A stretch of DNA of 63,948 nt, filler included, from Sandaracinaceae bacterium (GCA_947483975.1; 7 parts of 7 records of this genome joined end to end with filler, not necessarily neighbours in it); one strand, 5' to 3'. Numbered from the whole stretch's first letter, positions 39,160 through 49,825 are shown. Numbers and translations: made by a program. The notes: a model not told the origin generated them from the letters alone.

Positions 39160-41228
39160 CCCGCGTGATGCGAACGGTGAAGGTCTGCCTCGCCCTCGTC
39201 GCGATGGCCGCGCTGCCCGCGTGCTCGCTGATCAACGCGCCGGAAGTGCTGCCTCCGGAGCCGTACGACGGCGGCGCGGACGGCGGCCCCGTGGACGGCG
39301 AGGTGGAGGGCGATGCGGACATCGACGCGGATGGCGGGCCGAGAGACGACGCGTCGCGGCCGCTCCACGAGATCTGCTTCAACGGCGAGGACGTCGACGA
39401 CGACGGCGACGGCGCGACTGACTGCGCGGACCTCGACTGCGCGAGTGAGCCGACGTGCTGCGGTGGCGCGGGCACCGCGAGGCTGTCGGAAGACTGGACC
39501 GATCCGACCAACTTCTCCCTCCGGTGGCTGCTCGCCGACCTGAGCGACTACGGCGTGGTGACCACGCAGGACGGCGTCGCGCTTTCGAGCTTCGGCGATG
39601 ACGGCGTCTTGCGGTCGCTCCTGCCGAGCACGCCGCGCAATCGATGCGTGAGCCTCGGGTTCGGCGCGCGGATCGCCGTCACGCTCCTCCCCGCGGGGTG
39701 CATGGGTTGCACGGGTGAGGCCGCCGTCGTGCTCACGGGGGCCACGACGCCCGCGCGTGGCGTGCCGCTGGCGGCGGATCTCCGCGTCGCCGTGGCGGCC
39801 GATGGCGCGCTCCGCGTCACGAGCGGGGACACGGTCCTCAGCGACACGAGCACAGTCGATTCAACCGGGCACATCGTCATCGAGATTGGCGCGGCCGTGC
39901 GTGACGGCGTCCCCGTGCTCGCCGCCAGCGTGTCGACGGGCGCGACTGGAGTGGAGGAGTCCGTCATCAAGGGAATCCCGTTCATCGCCCAGTCTCTGCT
40001 GAGCGCTTGCAAAGATGGGCCAGGGCTCTCCATCGCCCTCGAGGGCAGCGGCAGCGCGGTCACCGTCGGAGCGGTTCAGGTGACGGAGCTCGCGTGCACG
40101 AACCCCCGGGTCTTTGGGAGGGACGTCGCGGACACCGTCATCACGAGCGCGGTGCTCCCGTCTACCGTCGGCTGGACGGGCGGCGGCCTCTCCGCGCCCG
40201 CGCTCCTTCCCGAGGCGACGGTTCAGCACCTCTTCTACGACGCGACGAACGTCCCGCGCGAGCTCGAGAGCATCGCGCCGATCGACTTTGCCATCGGCGC
40301 CGCGGACGCTCTGTCGTTCGCCTCTCCGTGGGGCTCGTTCAGTGGCCACGCCCTCCAGCAAGGCGACGCCTACCTGGGCACGACGCCGCCCGCCTGCACC
40401 TCACCTCCGTGCGCTGCGCAGCGCAGCGTGCGTGAGCCGACGGCGAGCGCGGTCTACAGCGGGACCCGCATCGCTTCGACGGAGGACACCCACATCCTCG
40501 CGTTCGCTCGCGAGACCGACACCGCCGACCTCTACGCCATCGAGTACGTCGACGCGCCGCTCGTCAACACCACGCCCGCGACGGCTCCCGACGGGATGCA
40601 CGTCCTCGTCGCGCCCAGCGGCGAGTGTCACTCCGTGCGCGACCCCGCGCTCGCGCAGGCGGACGCGGCACCCGACGCGGGGCTGTGGCTGTTCTATACG
40701 TGTGAACACTTGGACGGGCCCTCGACGATTCGCGCCGTCGCGCTCCACTTCGACACGGGCGTCTTGGTCCCCAACCCGGAGACCGACGTCGAGGTGCTCG
40801 GGCCCGGCATTGGCGCCTATGCAGCCCACGGAGTCGCAGGTCCCGCAGCGCTCGTGCGAGTGACCTCCGGGACGCTGCCCACGCTGGCCGTCCGCCTCTG
40901 GTTCGTCGCGCGCGGCGTAGATGGACGCCGGTCGCTCGCCCTCGCCGAGGGGCAGGTCCCCGTCACCGCTGGGGCGGTCGCCGCGACGCTGCCCATCCCG
41001 GCGCTCCAGGCCTATCCCGCGAATCCGCTCCTCTATGGCGACTCCGCCCCGCTCCCTGACTGCGGTGGAACTTGCATCCTGCGCGACGTCGCGATCGGCC
41101 GTCTGCCGAATTCCACCGCGCTCACCGTGCTGGTGGCACGGAGTGTGGATCTCACGGCCGGCGGGACCGAGTGGCAGCTGGTCCCGCTCTCGCAAACGCT
41201 CGAGGCAGCCTGGTGGGGAACTCCATGA
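39156..41228 (+). CDS. Lipoprotein paralog 1 (Cys/Asp motif + beta-rich domain + propeller-like region)
   Basis: Lipobox LPA-C; EICFNGEDVDDDGDGATDCADLDC; ATGA overlaps at both ends. Confidence 0.85.
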   Translation: MTRVMRTVKVCLALVAMAALPACSLINAPEVLPPEPYDGGADGGPVDGEVEGDADIDADGGPRDDASRPLHEICFNGEDVDDDGDGATDCADLDCASEPTCCGGAGTARLSEDWTDPTNFSLRWLLADLSDYGVVTTQDGVALSSFGDDGVLRSLLPSTPRNRCVSLGFGARIAVTLLPAGCMGCTGEAAVVLTGATTPARGVPLAADLRVAVAADGALRVTSGDTVLSDTSTVDSTGHIVIEIGAAVRDGVPVLAASVSTGATGVEESVIKGIPFIAQSLLSACKDGPGLSIALEGSGSAVTVGAVQVTELACTNPRVFGRDVADTVITSAVLPSTVGWTGGGLSAPALLPEATVQHLFYDATNVPRELESIAPIDFAIGAADALSFASPWGSFSGHALQQGDAYLGTTPPACTSPPCAAQRSVREPTASAVYSGTRIASTEDTHILAFARETDTADLYAIEYVDAPLVNTTPATAPDGMHVLVAPSGECHSVRDPALAQADAAPDAGLWLFYTCEHLDGPSTIRAVALHFDTGVLVPNPETDVEVLGPGIGAYAAHGVAGPAALVRVTSGTLPTLAVRLWFVARGVDGRRSLALAEGQVPVTAGAVAATLPIPALQAYPANPLLYGDSAPLPDCGGTCILRDVAIGRLPNSTALTVLVARSVDLTAGGTEWQLVPLSQTLEAAWWGTP

Positions 41229-43144
41229 CACGCACCAATCCGCTCCAACGCCTCGGCTGGCTGATCGCGGGGCTCGGCGTCGTCGCGGCGGGCTGCTCGG
41301 CCAACAGCGAATTCGGGCCAGACGCGCCCTCTTGTGATGACGGCGGCGTGTGCGGTGGGGGGGGCGTGGCCGACGCCGGCGCGGCGTTCGATGGCGGGGA
41401 CGCCGACGCGGTGCTCGTCGGCACCCCCACGGGCGATGGCGGCGACGCCAGCGTCGAGGTCGGCGAGGCGTGCTTCGACGGACAGGACAACGACGGCAAT
41501 GCGGCCGTCGACTGCGACGAGCTCGCCTGTCAGGACGGCTATCCGTCATGCTGCGCTGGGCGCTCGGGCGGAGCGTGCTGCTCGGCGCCGCTCACCGTCG
41601 CCGAGCCGACGTTCGGCGGCTGCGCGGGCCCGCTCGACGGCATCTGTGCGGACGCCGCCGTAGCGTCCGGCATGACGCCGTTCGGCTTGCCCTCGCCGCG
41701 GTTCGGCTCGGACGCGCTCTTCCCGGGTGGCGACCTCAGCTACGACAGCGGTGTCGTGGTCGACGCGCCGATCGGGCCAGGTCGTGCCATCACTCTGACC
41801 GGGACCCTCGCTCTTCCGAGCGGCGAGTGCCTCGAGGGGTGCGTCGAATCGGCCGCCGTCGGGCTGACCACCGCGTCGCGCTACAGCGACAGCAGCTACG
41901 TGCGCGCGCTCGTCGGTCTCGTCGCCAACGCCTCGCGTCATCGGGTCGAGCTCGTGCTCAACGGCGAGGTCGCGGCGTACGCCGAGCTCGTCCCGCTGAC
42001 CACCGACATCGCCTTCGCGCTGACGCTGTCGCCCACCGGCGAGGTGACCGCTACGGGCGCTGCGTTCGGTGCGCTCAGCGGTCGCGTGCAGCGCAGCGGG
42101 GACCTCCACGTGGTCGCGTGGGGCCACAACATGAACAGCACGAGCGACGACCGCGCGCGGGTCCTCGCGCTCACCGCGTCCACATCGATCTGCGACGCGC
42201 CCGCGACTTGGGTCGAGCGCGCGCCGCTCGCGCTCGGGGACGGCACGCTCATGCCGCCCGTCCCCGCGCCGAGTGTCGCCGCACCGAGCGTCGCCGACAT
42301 CGGCGGAGAGTCGCTGCTGGCGTTCGAGGCGAACGACCTCGTCGTCCTCGCGCGCCGCACGGCTCCGGGCACGACGTACGCGCTCGTCGGCGGCTACATG
42401 ACGTCCGCCATCAACGACTCTACGCCGGGATTTCACGACCCGGAGCTCGTCGCGCTGCCGGACGGTTTGGGCTGGCGCCTCTACGTCGCGACCGCGAGCG
42501 GCACCATCGCCTACGCGGACGCCGCCCTCGGCGCCGACATCTTCCCGCCACCGATGGACGCGCACACTCCCGCCGCGCTCGGCGACACGATCGATCGACT
42601 CGACGGTCCCTCCGTGCTCGCGCCGAGCGAGCTGGACACTCAATGGCACCTGGTCGCGCGCGCGATCGACAAGGACGGGCGCAGCTCCCTCGTGCACCTC
42701 GTCTCGCTCGACGGCGTCACGTTCGACTTCCCGGCGGACTCGATGCTCGCGCCCTCGGTGCCCGGCACGCTGGAGTCGGCGACGCTGCGCACGCCGCAAG
42801 GCTCGTTCGCCGCGTTCGATCGCGACGAGGTCGCCGCGCCGGACGTCTACCGGCAGGGGCGCACCGTGAACGTCGCCTACGCGGGTCGCGCCGGCGCGCG
42901 CTGGTCGATCGGGCTGCTGGTCAGCGACGCCTTCGCGCATATGCGGCCCGCGGCCGCCGGCGCGTTGCTCGATGATGGTGCGGTCCTCGCGGGCAGCGCC
43001 GTCTCCGGCGACGCAGACTCGCTCTCGGTCAGCGACCCCGACGTCGTCGTCCGCGGCGGCCAAGTCGAGCTCTTCTACACGGGCTCTGACGGCGCGAACA
43101 CCCGCCTCGCGCACGCCTCGCGCGCCGCCTTCGAGGCGCCGTGA
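41225..43144 (+). CDS. Lipoprotein paralog 2
   Basis: Lipobox AAG-C; CFDGQDNDGNAAVDC; AFDRDEVAAP; DSLSVSDPDVV...LFYTGSDG. Confidence 0.85.
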   Translation: MTRTNPLQRLGWLIAGLGVVAAGCSANSEFGPDAPSCDDGGVCGGGGVADAGAAFDGGDADAVLVGTPTGDGGDASVEVGEACFDGQDNDGNAAVDCDELACQDGYPSCCAGRSGGACCSAPLTVAEPTFGGCAGPLDGICADAAVASGMTPFGLPSPRFGSDALFPGGDLSYDSGVVVDAPIGPGRAITLTGTLALPSGECLEGCVESAAVGLTTASRYSDSSYVRALVGLVANASRHRVELVLNGEVAAYAELVPLTTDIAFALTLSPTGEVTATGAAFGALSGRVQRSGDLHVVAWGHNMNSTSDDRARVLALTASTSICDAPATWVERAPLALGDGTLMPPVPAPSVAAPSVADIGGESLLAFEANDLVVLARRTAPGTTYALVGGYMTSAINDSTPGFHDPELVALPDGLGWRLYVATASGTIAYADAALGADIFPPPMDAHTPAALGDTIDRLDGPSVLAPSELDTQWHLVARAIDKDGRSSLVHLVSLDGVTFDFPADSMLAPSVPGTLESATLRTPQGSFAAFDRDEVAAPDVYRQGRTVNVAYAGRAGARWSIGLLVSDAFAHMRPAAAGALLDDGAVLAGSAVSGDADSLSVSDPDVVVRGGQVELFYTGSDGANTRLAHASRAAFEAP

Positions 43145-45072
43145 GCGCGCCGCGTCGCGCGCATCGGCTCGCGCTCGGAGCGCTCGTCGCGTCGGTCGCG
43201 GGCGCGCTCCTCGGCTGTGGCAGCATTGTATTAGCGTCCCCCGACGCCGACGCCGACGCCGATGGCGGGTGCGAGTCGGACGCGTGCGTCTCCCACCCCC
43301 CGAGAGACCTCGACGCGGGCGACCGCGGGCCCGAGGGGATTCCCCGTGACGCCGTGGCCGCGAGCGTGTCGCCGGAGGTCCTCGCGACCTGCTACGACGG
43401 CCAGGACAACGACACCGACGGCGTGTTCGACTGCGCCGCGCCCGGCTGCGCTCAGCTCGCGTCGTGCTGCGTCGGCGCGACCTCGCTCGGCTGCTGCGGT
43501 TCGCAAGACCTCGTCGCGTCGATGACGCTCACGGGCTGCTCGGGGCCCCTCGATCTCTGTGCTCCCATCGATGGGACCGTCGGCTTCGGCTCGCCGTCCC
43601 CCATCGCTATCCCGGACCCCGGCGGGGACAGCGCCCTCGACCGCTTCTTCCCCAACGGCGACGCCACCGACGACAGCGGGCTCGTGCTCACGAAGCCGCT
43701 CGATCCGCACGGCGCCATCGTCGTCAGCGGGGTGCTCGCGACGCCCGTCGGCGACTGCGGCGAGGGCTGCTTCGAGAGCGTCGCGCTCGGGCTGATCCCG
43801 GTCGGCGCGGTCGGTCCCGCCGTCACGCTGCGCCCGCTCGTCGCCGTCGTCGCGAGCGCGGCGCGCGCGGAGGTCGCGCTCGTGCTCAGCGGGGACACCG
43901 CGGCGCGGCTGACCCTGCCCAACGCGAATGAGGTCCGCGTGCAGCTCGTCGTGCTGCCGACAGGGGTCGTGTCGCTGCACGTCACCGACGCGCCGGGCAC
44001 CGCGGACCTAGGCACTCTGACCGGGCGCATCGTCCCGAGCGACACCGACCTGCAGCTCGCGGTCTACGGGCACAACGTCAACCGCTCGGGCACGCTCCTG
44101 TCGCCGTCCTACGCGCGCGGCGTCTCCGCGTCGGCCGCGCTCTGCGACGCGCCGTCCCGCTGGCTCACGCGCACGGCGCTTCCCATCGGCGCTGGGGCAG
44201 CTTCGGTCGGCCCCGCGAGCGCGCCGTCCTTCGCGTATGGTGGAGGCCAGACCTTCGTCGCGTTCGCGTCCGAGGGGCAGCTCGTCTTCGGGCGCGCGGA
44301 CCCCGAGGACGTCTCGCACGGCTTCGCGCTGCTCGGCATGAACAGCCACTACGCGCGCCCGGGCGAGGTGCTGAGCGACCCCGACGTGCACTACGACGCG
44401 CCGGCGGGCACGTCGCCCGAGTCGTACACGGTCTACTTCGCGAACCGCACGACGAAGTCGATCTGGCGCATGGTCCTCGCGCTCGACGGCACGCCCTTGG
44501 GCGACGCGACGGAGTGGCTCGCGCCCGCGGTGCTCGACGACGCCTTCCTCGAGTCCATCGACGGGCCGAGCGTCCTGCGACCGGCGCCGGGCACGAGCAG
44601 CCTCACCTTCGTGTTTGCCAGGATTCTCACGAAAGCCGGAGACACCCGGATCGTCCGTTTCGCCCTCGCGAACGAGGACTCCGCGTTCGAGACCCCGTCG
44701 GACTGGGACGCGCTCACCGTGCGCACGACGCAGCCTTCGTTCGGCGCGTTCGACCGCGACGAGGTCGCGTCGCCGGCCGCCTACCGGCAGAACGGCTCGC
44801 TGCAGGTCGCGTTCGCTGGGCGCAGCGGCGCTCGCTGGGCCCTCGGGCTGATGGCGACGGACGACCCGCGCGTGGCCCTCTGGCGGCGCGCGCCTGCGCC
44901 GACGATGCTGACCGGCGACGGCAGCGGCTTCGACTCGCTCTCGGTGCGCGACCCCGCGATCGTCGCGCGCGGCACCACGGTGGAGCTGCTCTACGCGGGC
45001 TCCGACGGCGCGACCGACACGCTCGGCTACACGCACCGACTTGCGGTGGATCACTTGCCCGTCGGCCCGTAG
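43141..45072 (+). CDS. Lipoprotein paralog 3
   Basis: Lipobox LLG-C; CYDGQDNDTDGVFDC; AFDRDEVASP; DSLSVRDPAIV...LLYAGSDG. Confidence 0.85.
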   Translation: MSAPRRAHRLALGALVASVAGALLGCGSIVLASPDADADADGGCESDACVSHPPRDLDAGDRGPEGIPRDAVAASVSPEVLATCYDGQDNDTDGVFDCAAPGCAQLASCCVGATSLGCCGSQDLVASMTLTGCSGPLDLCAPIDGTVGFGSPSPIAIPDPGGDSALDRFFPNGDATDDSGLVLTKPLDPHGAIVVSGVLATPVGDCGEGCFESVALGLIPVGAVGPAVTLRPLVAVVASAARAEVALVLSGDTAARLTLPNANEVRVQLVVLPTGVVSLHVTDAPGTADLGTLTGRIVPSDTDLQLAVYGHNVNRSGTLLSPSYARGVSASAALCDAPSRWLTRTALPIGAGAASVGPASAPSFAYGGGQTFVAFASEGQLVFGRADPEDVSHGFALLGMNSHYARPGEVLSDPDVHYDAPAGTSPESYTVYFANRTTKSIWRMVLALDGTPLGDATEWLAPAVLDDAFLESIDGPSVLRPAPGTSSLTFVFARILTKAGDTRIVRFALANEDSAFETPSDWDALTVRTTQPSFGAFDRDEVASPAAYRQNGSLQVAFAGRSGARWALGLMATDDPRVALWRRAPAPTMLTGDGSGFDSLSVRDPAIVARGTTVELLYAGSDGATDTLGYTHRLAVDHLPVGP

Positions 45073-45120
45073 CGGGTCCGTCGACCGCGCGGCGCGCGCG
45101 CTCTGATAGAGTCCGCGCCC

Positions 45121-46779
45121 ATGAGCACCCTCCGCCCGATCGACGACGTCGCCGCTGAGCTTGGACTGCACGGCGACGACCTGTTTCACTACGGTCGCCA
45201 CATGGCCAAGGTCGAGCTCTCCGCGCTCGACCGCCCGCGCACTGGCGCTGGGCGCTTGATCCTCGTCTCCGCGATCACGCCGACGCCGGCGGGCGAGGGC
45301 AAGACGACGATCTCCTGCGCGCTCGCGATGGGCCTGCGCAAGCTCGGCAAGAAGGTCGCGCTCTGCCTGCGCGAGCCGTCCCTCGGCCCCGTGTTCGGGG
45401 TCAAGGGCGGCGGCACCGGCGGCGGCAAGGCGCAGGTCGTGCCGAGCGACGTGATCAACCTGCACTTCACCGGCGACCTCCACGCGATCACCGCGGCCAA
45501 CAACCTCCTCGCCGCGCTCGTCGACAACGACCTCTTCTTCGACGCCAAGAGCGGCCTCGACGCGCGCCGCGTCAGCTGGCGCCGCTGCCTCGACATGAAC
45601 GACCGCAGCCTGCGCAACGTGCTCGTCGGGCTCGGCGGGCGCCTCAACGGCGTGCCGCGCGAGAGCGGCTTCGACATCACCGCGGCGAGCGAGGTGATGG
45701 CCGTGCTCTGCCTCGCGAACGACCTGAAGGACCTCGAGGCGCGCCTCGACCGCATCGTCGTCGGCACCTCGCCGAAGGGCGACCCGATCTCCTCGCGCGC
45801 TGTCTCCGGCGGCGCCGCGATGACCGCGCTCCTCAAGGACGCGCTCCGCCCGAACCTCGTGCAGACGACCGAGGGCGGCCCGGCGTTCGTGCACGGCGGC
45901 CCCTTCGCGAACATCGCGCACGGCTGCTCGAGCGTGCTCTCGACGAAGATGGGCATGCACTACGGCGACTACGTCATCACCGAGGCGGGCTTCGGCTTCG
46001 ACCTCGGCGCCGAGAAATTCCTCGACATCAAGTGCCGCGCCGCGGGGCTCTGGCCGCGCGCCATCGTGCTCGTCGCGACGCTCCGCGCGCTCAAGTCGCA
46101 CGGCGGCGCGCCGACGGCCGAGTGCAAGCAGCCGAACGCGTCCGCGCTCGAGGCGGGCTTGCCGCAGCTCGACAAGCACCTCGAGAGCGTGCGCTCGTTC
46201 GGGCTCGAGCCCGTCGTCGCCATCAACTGCTTCGCCGAGGACCCCGAGAGCGAGCTTCAGCGCCTCGAGCAGCACTGCGCGTCGCGCGGCGTGCGCGTCG
46301 GGCGCTCGCAGGCGTTCGTGCACGGCGGCGAGGGCGCGCTCGACCTCGCGCGCACCGTCGCCGAGCTCGTCGACGGCACCGACGCGCAGCCCCCGCAGCA
46401 GAAGTTCACCTACGAGCTCGGCGTGCCGTACCTCGAGAAGCTGCGCTCGATCGCGCGCACGATCTACGGCGCGGACGACGTCGTGCTCGCGGGCACCGTC
46501 AAGAAGGACCTCGAGCGCTTCGCGTCGTGGGGCTACGGCGAGCTGCCCGTCTGCGTCGCCAAGACGCACCTCTCGCTGTCCGATGATCCGAAGAAGATCA
46601 ACCGCCCGACGGGCTTCGTCGTCACGGTGCGCGAGGTGCGCCTGAGCGCGGGCGCCGGCTTCGTCGTCGCGCTGATGGGCGACCTGATGACCATGCCTGG
46701 TTTGCCGCGTGAGCCTGCCGCCGTGCGCGTCCGCATCGAGCCCGACGGACGCGTCCGCGGGCTGATGCAGGGCGACTGA
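45121..46779 (+). CDS. fhs: Formate--tetrahydrofolate ligase
   Basis: TPTPAGEGKTT, REPSLGPVFGVKGG, INLHFTGD, HGGPFANIAHG, TEAGFG.DLGAEKF. Confidence 0.98.
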   Translation: MSTLRPIDDVAAELGLHGDDLFHYGRHMAKVELSALDRPRTGAGRLILVSAITPTPAGEGKTTISCALAMGLRKLGKKVALCLREPSLGPVFGVKGGGTGGGKAQVVPSDVINLHFTGDLHAITAANNLLAALVDNDLFFDAKSGLDARRVSWRRCLDMNDRSLRNVLVGLGGRLNGVPRESGFDITAASEVMAVLCLANDLKDLEARLDRIVVGTSPKGDPISSRAVSGGAAMTALLKDALRPNLVQTTEGGPAFVHGGPFANIAHGCSSVLSTKMGMHYGDYVITEAGFGFDLGAEKFLDIKCRAAGLWPRAIVLVATLRALKSHGGAPTAECKQPNASALEAGLPQLDKHLESVRSFGLEPVVAINCFAEDPESELQRLEQHCASRGVRVGRSQAFVHGGEGALDLARTVAELVDGTDAQPPQQKFTYELGVPYLEKLRSIARTIYGADDVVLAGTVKKDLERFASWGYGELPVCVAKTHLSLSDDPKKINRPTGFVVTVREVRLSAGAGFVVALMGDLMTMPGLPREPAAVRVRIEPDGRVRGLMQGD

Positions 46780-46785
46780 GCCAGG

Positions 46786-47733
46786 ATGACTTCGCAGAAC
46801 TCACGCGCCGAGGTCGTCGTCAGCGCAGCCCAGTCCGGCAAGACCGTCAGCGCGATCGTGCGCGAAGCGCTCACGCTCCCGTGGACGCGCGCGAAGTCGC
46901 TCTGCGAGAGCGGGCGCGTCGCCGTCGACGGGCAGCAAGCGACCGACCCCGGCGCGCGCGTCGCCGAAGGCATGACCGTCGTCGTCGACGAGCGGGCGCC
47001 GCGCAAGCGCTCGGGCACGCTCTCGCGCGACTCGATCGTGTTCGTCGACCGCGACGTCGTCGTCGTCGAGAAGCCGCCCGGCTTGATGACGGTGCCGTTC
47101 GATCCCGCGGACAAGGACACGCTCGTCGACCGCACGCGCGCGGCGCTCAGGCGCACGAGCAGCGGCTACGACCCGCAGCTAGGCGTCGTGCAGCGCCTCG
47201 ACAAGGACACGACCGGCGTGCTCCTGTTCACGCGCACCGTCGCGGCGAAGCGGCACCTGCAGCAGCAGTTTCGAGCGCACAGCATCGAGCGCCGCTACGT
47301 CGCGATCGTGCACGGCATCTTCTCGCGCGCGCGCACCTTCGAGACTGACCTCTTGAAGGATCGCGGCGACGGACTCCGCGGCTCTTGGGGCTTCTTTCGC
47401 CGGCCGAATTCGAAGGCGCCGCCGCCCGACGCGCAGCACGCCGTCACGCACGTGCAGCCCATCGAGCGCCTGCGCGGCGCGACGCTCGTCGAGTGTCACC
47501 TCGAGACCGGACGACAGCATCAGATCCGCATTCACCTCGCAGAGGCTGGCCATATGCTCCTCGGCGAGCCTGTGTACATCCGCGGCTTCGCGGGCGACCG
47601 AATCGAGGCGCCGCGCCCGATGCTGCACGCCGCGACGCTCGGCTTCGTACACCCGCGCACGGAAGAGCCGATCCGCTTCGACAGCGATCCGCCCGAGGAC
47701 TTCATGGAGGTCCTGCGCTCTTTGCGGATCTGA
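46786..47733 (+). CDS. RluA/RluD-family pseudouridine synthase with S4 domain
   Basis: VEKPPGL, QRLDKDTTG, LETGRQHQIRIHL, MLHAATLGFVHP. Confidence 0.95.
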   Translation: MTSQNSRAEVVVSAAQSGKTVSAIVREALTLPWTRAKSLCESGRVAVDGQQATDPGARVAEGMTVVVDERAPRKRSGTLSRDSIVFVDRDVVVVEKPPGLMTVPFDPADKDTLVDRTRAALRRTSSGYDPQLGVVQRLDKDTTGVLLFTRTVAAKRHLQQQFRAHSIERRYVAIVHGIFSRARTFETDLLKDRGDGLRGSWGFFRRPNSKAPPPDAQHAVTHVQPIERLRGATLVECHLETGRQHQIRIHLAEAGHMLLGEPVYIRGFAGDRIEAPRPMLHAATLGFVHPRTEEPIRFDSDPPEDFMEVLRSLRI

Positions 47734-47776
47734 GTCGGCGCGTCGAACTCCTACGTTCGACTCGTCGACTCCAGCG

Positions 47777-47876
47777 CTCGACTGGCTACCTCGACTGGCT
47801 ACCTCGACTGGCTACCTCGACTGGCTACTTCGACTGGCTACTTCGACTGGCTACCTCGACTGCCTACTTCGACTGG
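47777..47876. repeat. 13-bp tandem repeat (C/T)TCGACTGGCTAC, about 7.7 copies
   Basis: Units start at 47777, 47790, 47803, 47816, 47829, 47842, 47855 and 47868. Confidence 0.95.
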
Positions 47877-47973
47877 CGCGCCGCGCGGCGGCGGCGTGCG
47901 ACCAAGAGCAGCGCGGCGAGCCCGAGCGCGCCGCTCCACGTGGGCGGCAGGGCGCTGCCCGCGCCGACGAGCG
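47864..47973 (-). CDS. 3' end of a protein with a MYXO-CTERM-like sorting tail (partial)
   Basis: ...LVGAGSALPPTWSGALGLAALLLVARRRRAARQSK*: hydrophobic helix followed by an Arg cluster. Confidence 0.65.
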
Positions 47974-48073
47974 NNNNNNNNNNNNNNNNNNNNNNNNNNN
48001 NNNNNNNNNNNNNNNNNTTAATTAATTAANNNNNNNNNNNNNNNNNNNNNNNNNNNNNNNNNNNNNNNNNNNN

Positions 48074-49028
48074 CGGAGCCCCGCCCAGCGGGCCGAGGGC
48101 GCCCGCCCCGGTATTGGGCGCGGTCCACGCCGACGCGCCCGTCGCGCGCGCCGGGCACTTCGTCTCCCTCGACGTCGACGACGACGCTTGGCAGCAGCGC
48201 GTGCGCGTCGCCGTGCCCCTGCGCTTCAAGCCCGTCGGCACCTCGAGCGTCGTCTTCAAGACGACGTTCGTCGGCGGGCTCGAGGCGTCGTTCCGGCCGC
48301 GGACGAGCACGCAGGCGAACGGCTGGACGAACGAGGTCGCCGCCTATCGCCTCGCGCGCGCGCTCGACCTCGATCAGGTGCCGCCCGCCGTCGCGCGGGC
48401 GTTCTCCCGCGCGGAGCTGCAGGCGCGGCTGCACCCCGACTACGCGGCGGACTGGCCCGCGCTCGACGAGAAGATGCTCGGGCACGGCGACGCCGTCTGG
48501 GGCGCGCTCGTCTACTGGGTGCCTGGGCTGCGCGACCTCGAGCTCGACACTCCGCGCGGTATGGCGCGTTGGGGGCAGTGGCTCTCGCGCGACTCAGGCG
48601 CGCTCAGCCCGGACGAAGCCTCGCTCGCCGCCGACGTCGGGACGATGCTCTGCTTCGACTACCTGATCGCCAACGTCGACCGCTGGAGCGGCGGCAACGT
48701 GCGCGCCGACGCGAGCGCGCGCCGCGTCGTCATCCGCGATCACAACCTCGCGTTTCTCGCGCCGCTGCCCCGCTCGCAGCACGAGCGCGTGCTCGGTCCG
48801 ATGCGGCGAGTCGAGCGCTTCTCGCGTCGCTTCGTCATCGCCCTGCAAGCCCTCGACGAGCCCCGCCTGCGCGCCGCGCTCGCGCCCGATGCGTCCCTGC
48901 CCGAGGGCACGCCGCTCCTCGACGAGGCGCAGCTGCGCGGCGTGCTCGACCGCCGCGCAGCGCTGCTCTCGCGCGTCGCGGCGCTGCTCGATGCGTATGG
49001 CGACGCGGCCGTGCTCGCCTTCCCTTGA
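48074..49028 (+). CDS. Atypical kinase-fold protein (Fam20/PI3-4-kinase/HipA-like; 5' partial)
   Basis: EVAAYRLARALDL..VPPAV, FDYLIANVDR..GN, IRDHNLAF. Confidence 0.75.
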
Positions 49029-49086
49029 GGCTACGCCCCCCGCATTCGCTTGATGCCCCGCGGACGGGGCCTGATACTCTCGCGAA

Positions 49087-49764
49087 ATGTCCGCTGACGA
49101 CCCCCGCCTCCTCGGGCAACTGCTCGCGCTCCTCGTCCACGATCTGCGCAACCCCGTCGCGACGATCGGCGCGAACCTCAGCTACGTGAGCGAGGTCGGG
49201 AGCGGCACGCTCGACACGGACGCTCAGGAGGCGCTCAACGACTCGACGAGCGCCCTGCAGGGCTTGACGTCGGGCCTCGACAACATGGCGTTTCTCTCGC
49301 GCTGGGTGGCGAACGAGCCCGCCGCGGCAGCGCTCGAAGGGAGCGTGGTCGACGCGCTCCGCTCGGTCGCAGCCCGCGAGCGCCCGTCGGTGCTGACGCT
49401 CGCCGTCGGCGAGGGCGTCGCGCGCGCCCGCGGGGCGCAGACGCTCCCGCGCCTCCTCGAGATCCTCCTCGCGAACGCGGAGCAACACGCCGCGGGTAAG
49501 CCGGTCACGCTGCGCGCGCTGCGCGAGGGCGACGACGTCATCATCGAGGTCGAGGACGCGGGGCGCGCGATCGCCGCTGAGCTCCGGGACATCGCCTTCA
49601 CCGCCGCTGGGCAGTTGAAGCTGAAGGAGCGCTCGGACGGGCGCTACGGGCGCTCGCTCGGGCTCTTCGCGGCGGGCTTGCTCGCACAGGCGATGGGCGC
49701 ACGCCTCGAGGCGGCGGGCAAGGACGGCGCAGCCATCATCCGCGTCGTGCTCGCCGCGACGTGA
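49087..49764 (+). CDS. Sensorless histidine kinase (HisKA + HATPase)
   Basis: HDLRNP H-box, LLANAEQH N-box, VEDAG; degenerate G2 box GRSLGL. Confidence 0.85.
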   Translation: MSADDPRLLGQLLALLVHDLRNPVATIGANLSYVSEVGSGTLDTDAQEALNDSTSALQGLTSGLDNMAFLSRWVANEPAAAALEGSVVDALRSVAARERPSVLTLAVGEGVARARGAQTLPRLLEILLANAEQHAAGKPVTLRALREGDDVIIEVEDAGRAIAAELRDIAFTAAGQLKLKERSDGRYGRSLGLFAAGLLAQAMGARLEAAGKDGAAIIRVVLAAT

Positions 49765-49825
49765 GGTGAGCGACGACGCCTCGGGCCGCTCCAAGCCTTG
49801 ACAGGCCGCCCCGCGAGCGGCTTCT

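Noticed and set aside
45121..46779. fhs as a sign of the Wood-Ljungdahl pathway
   Set aside because: Stand-alone fhs is widespread in one-carbon metabolism, and no other pathway genes are present.
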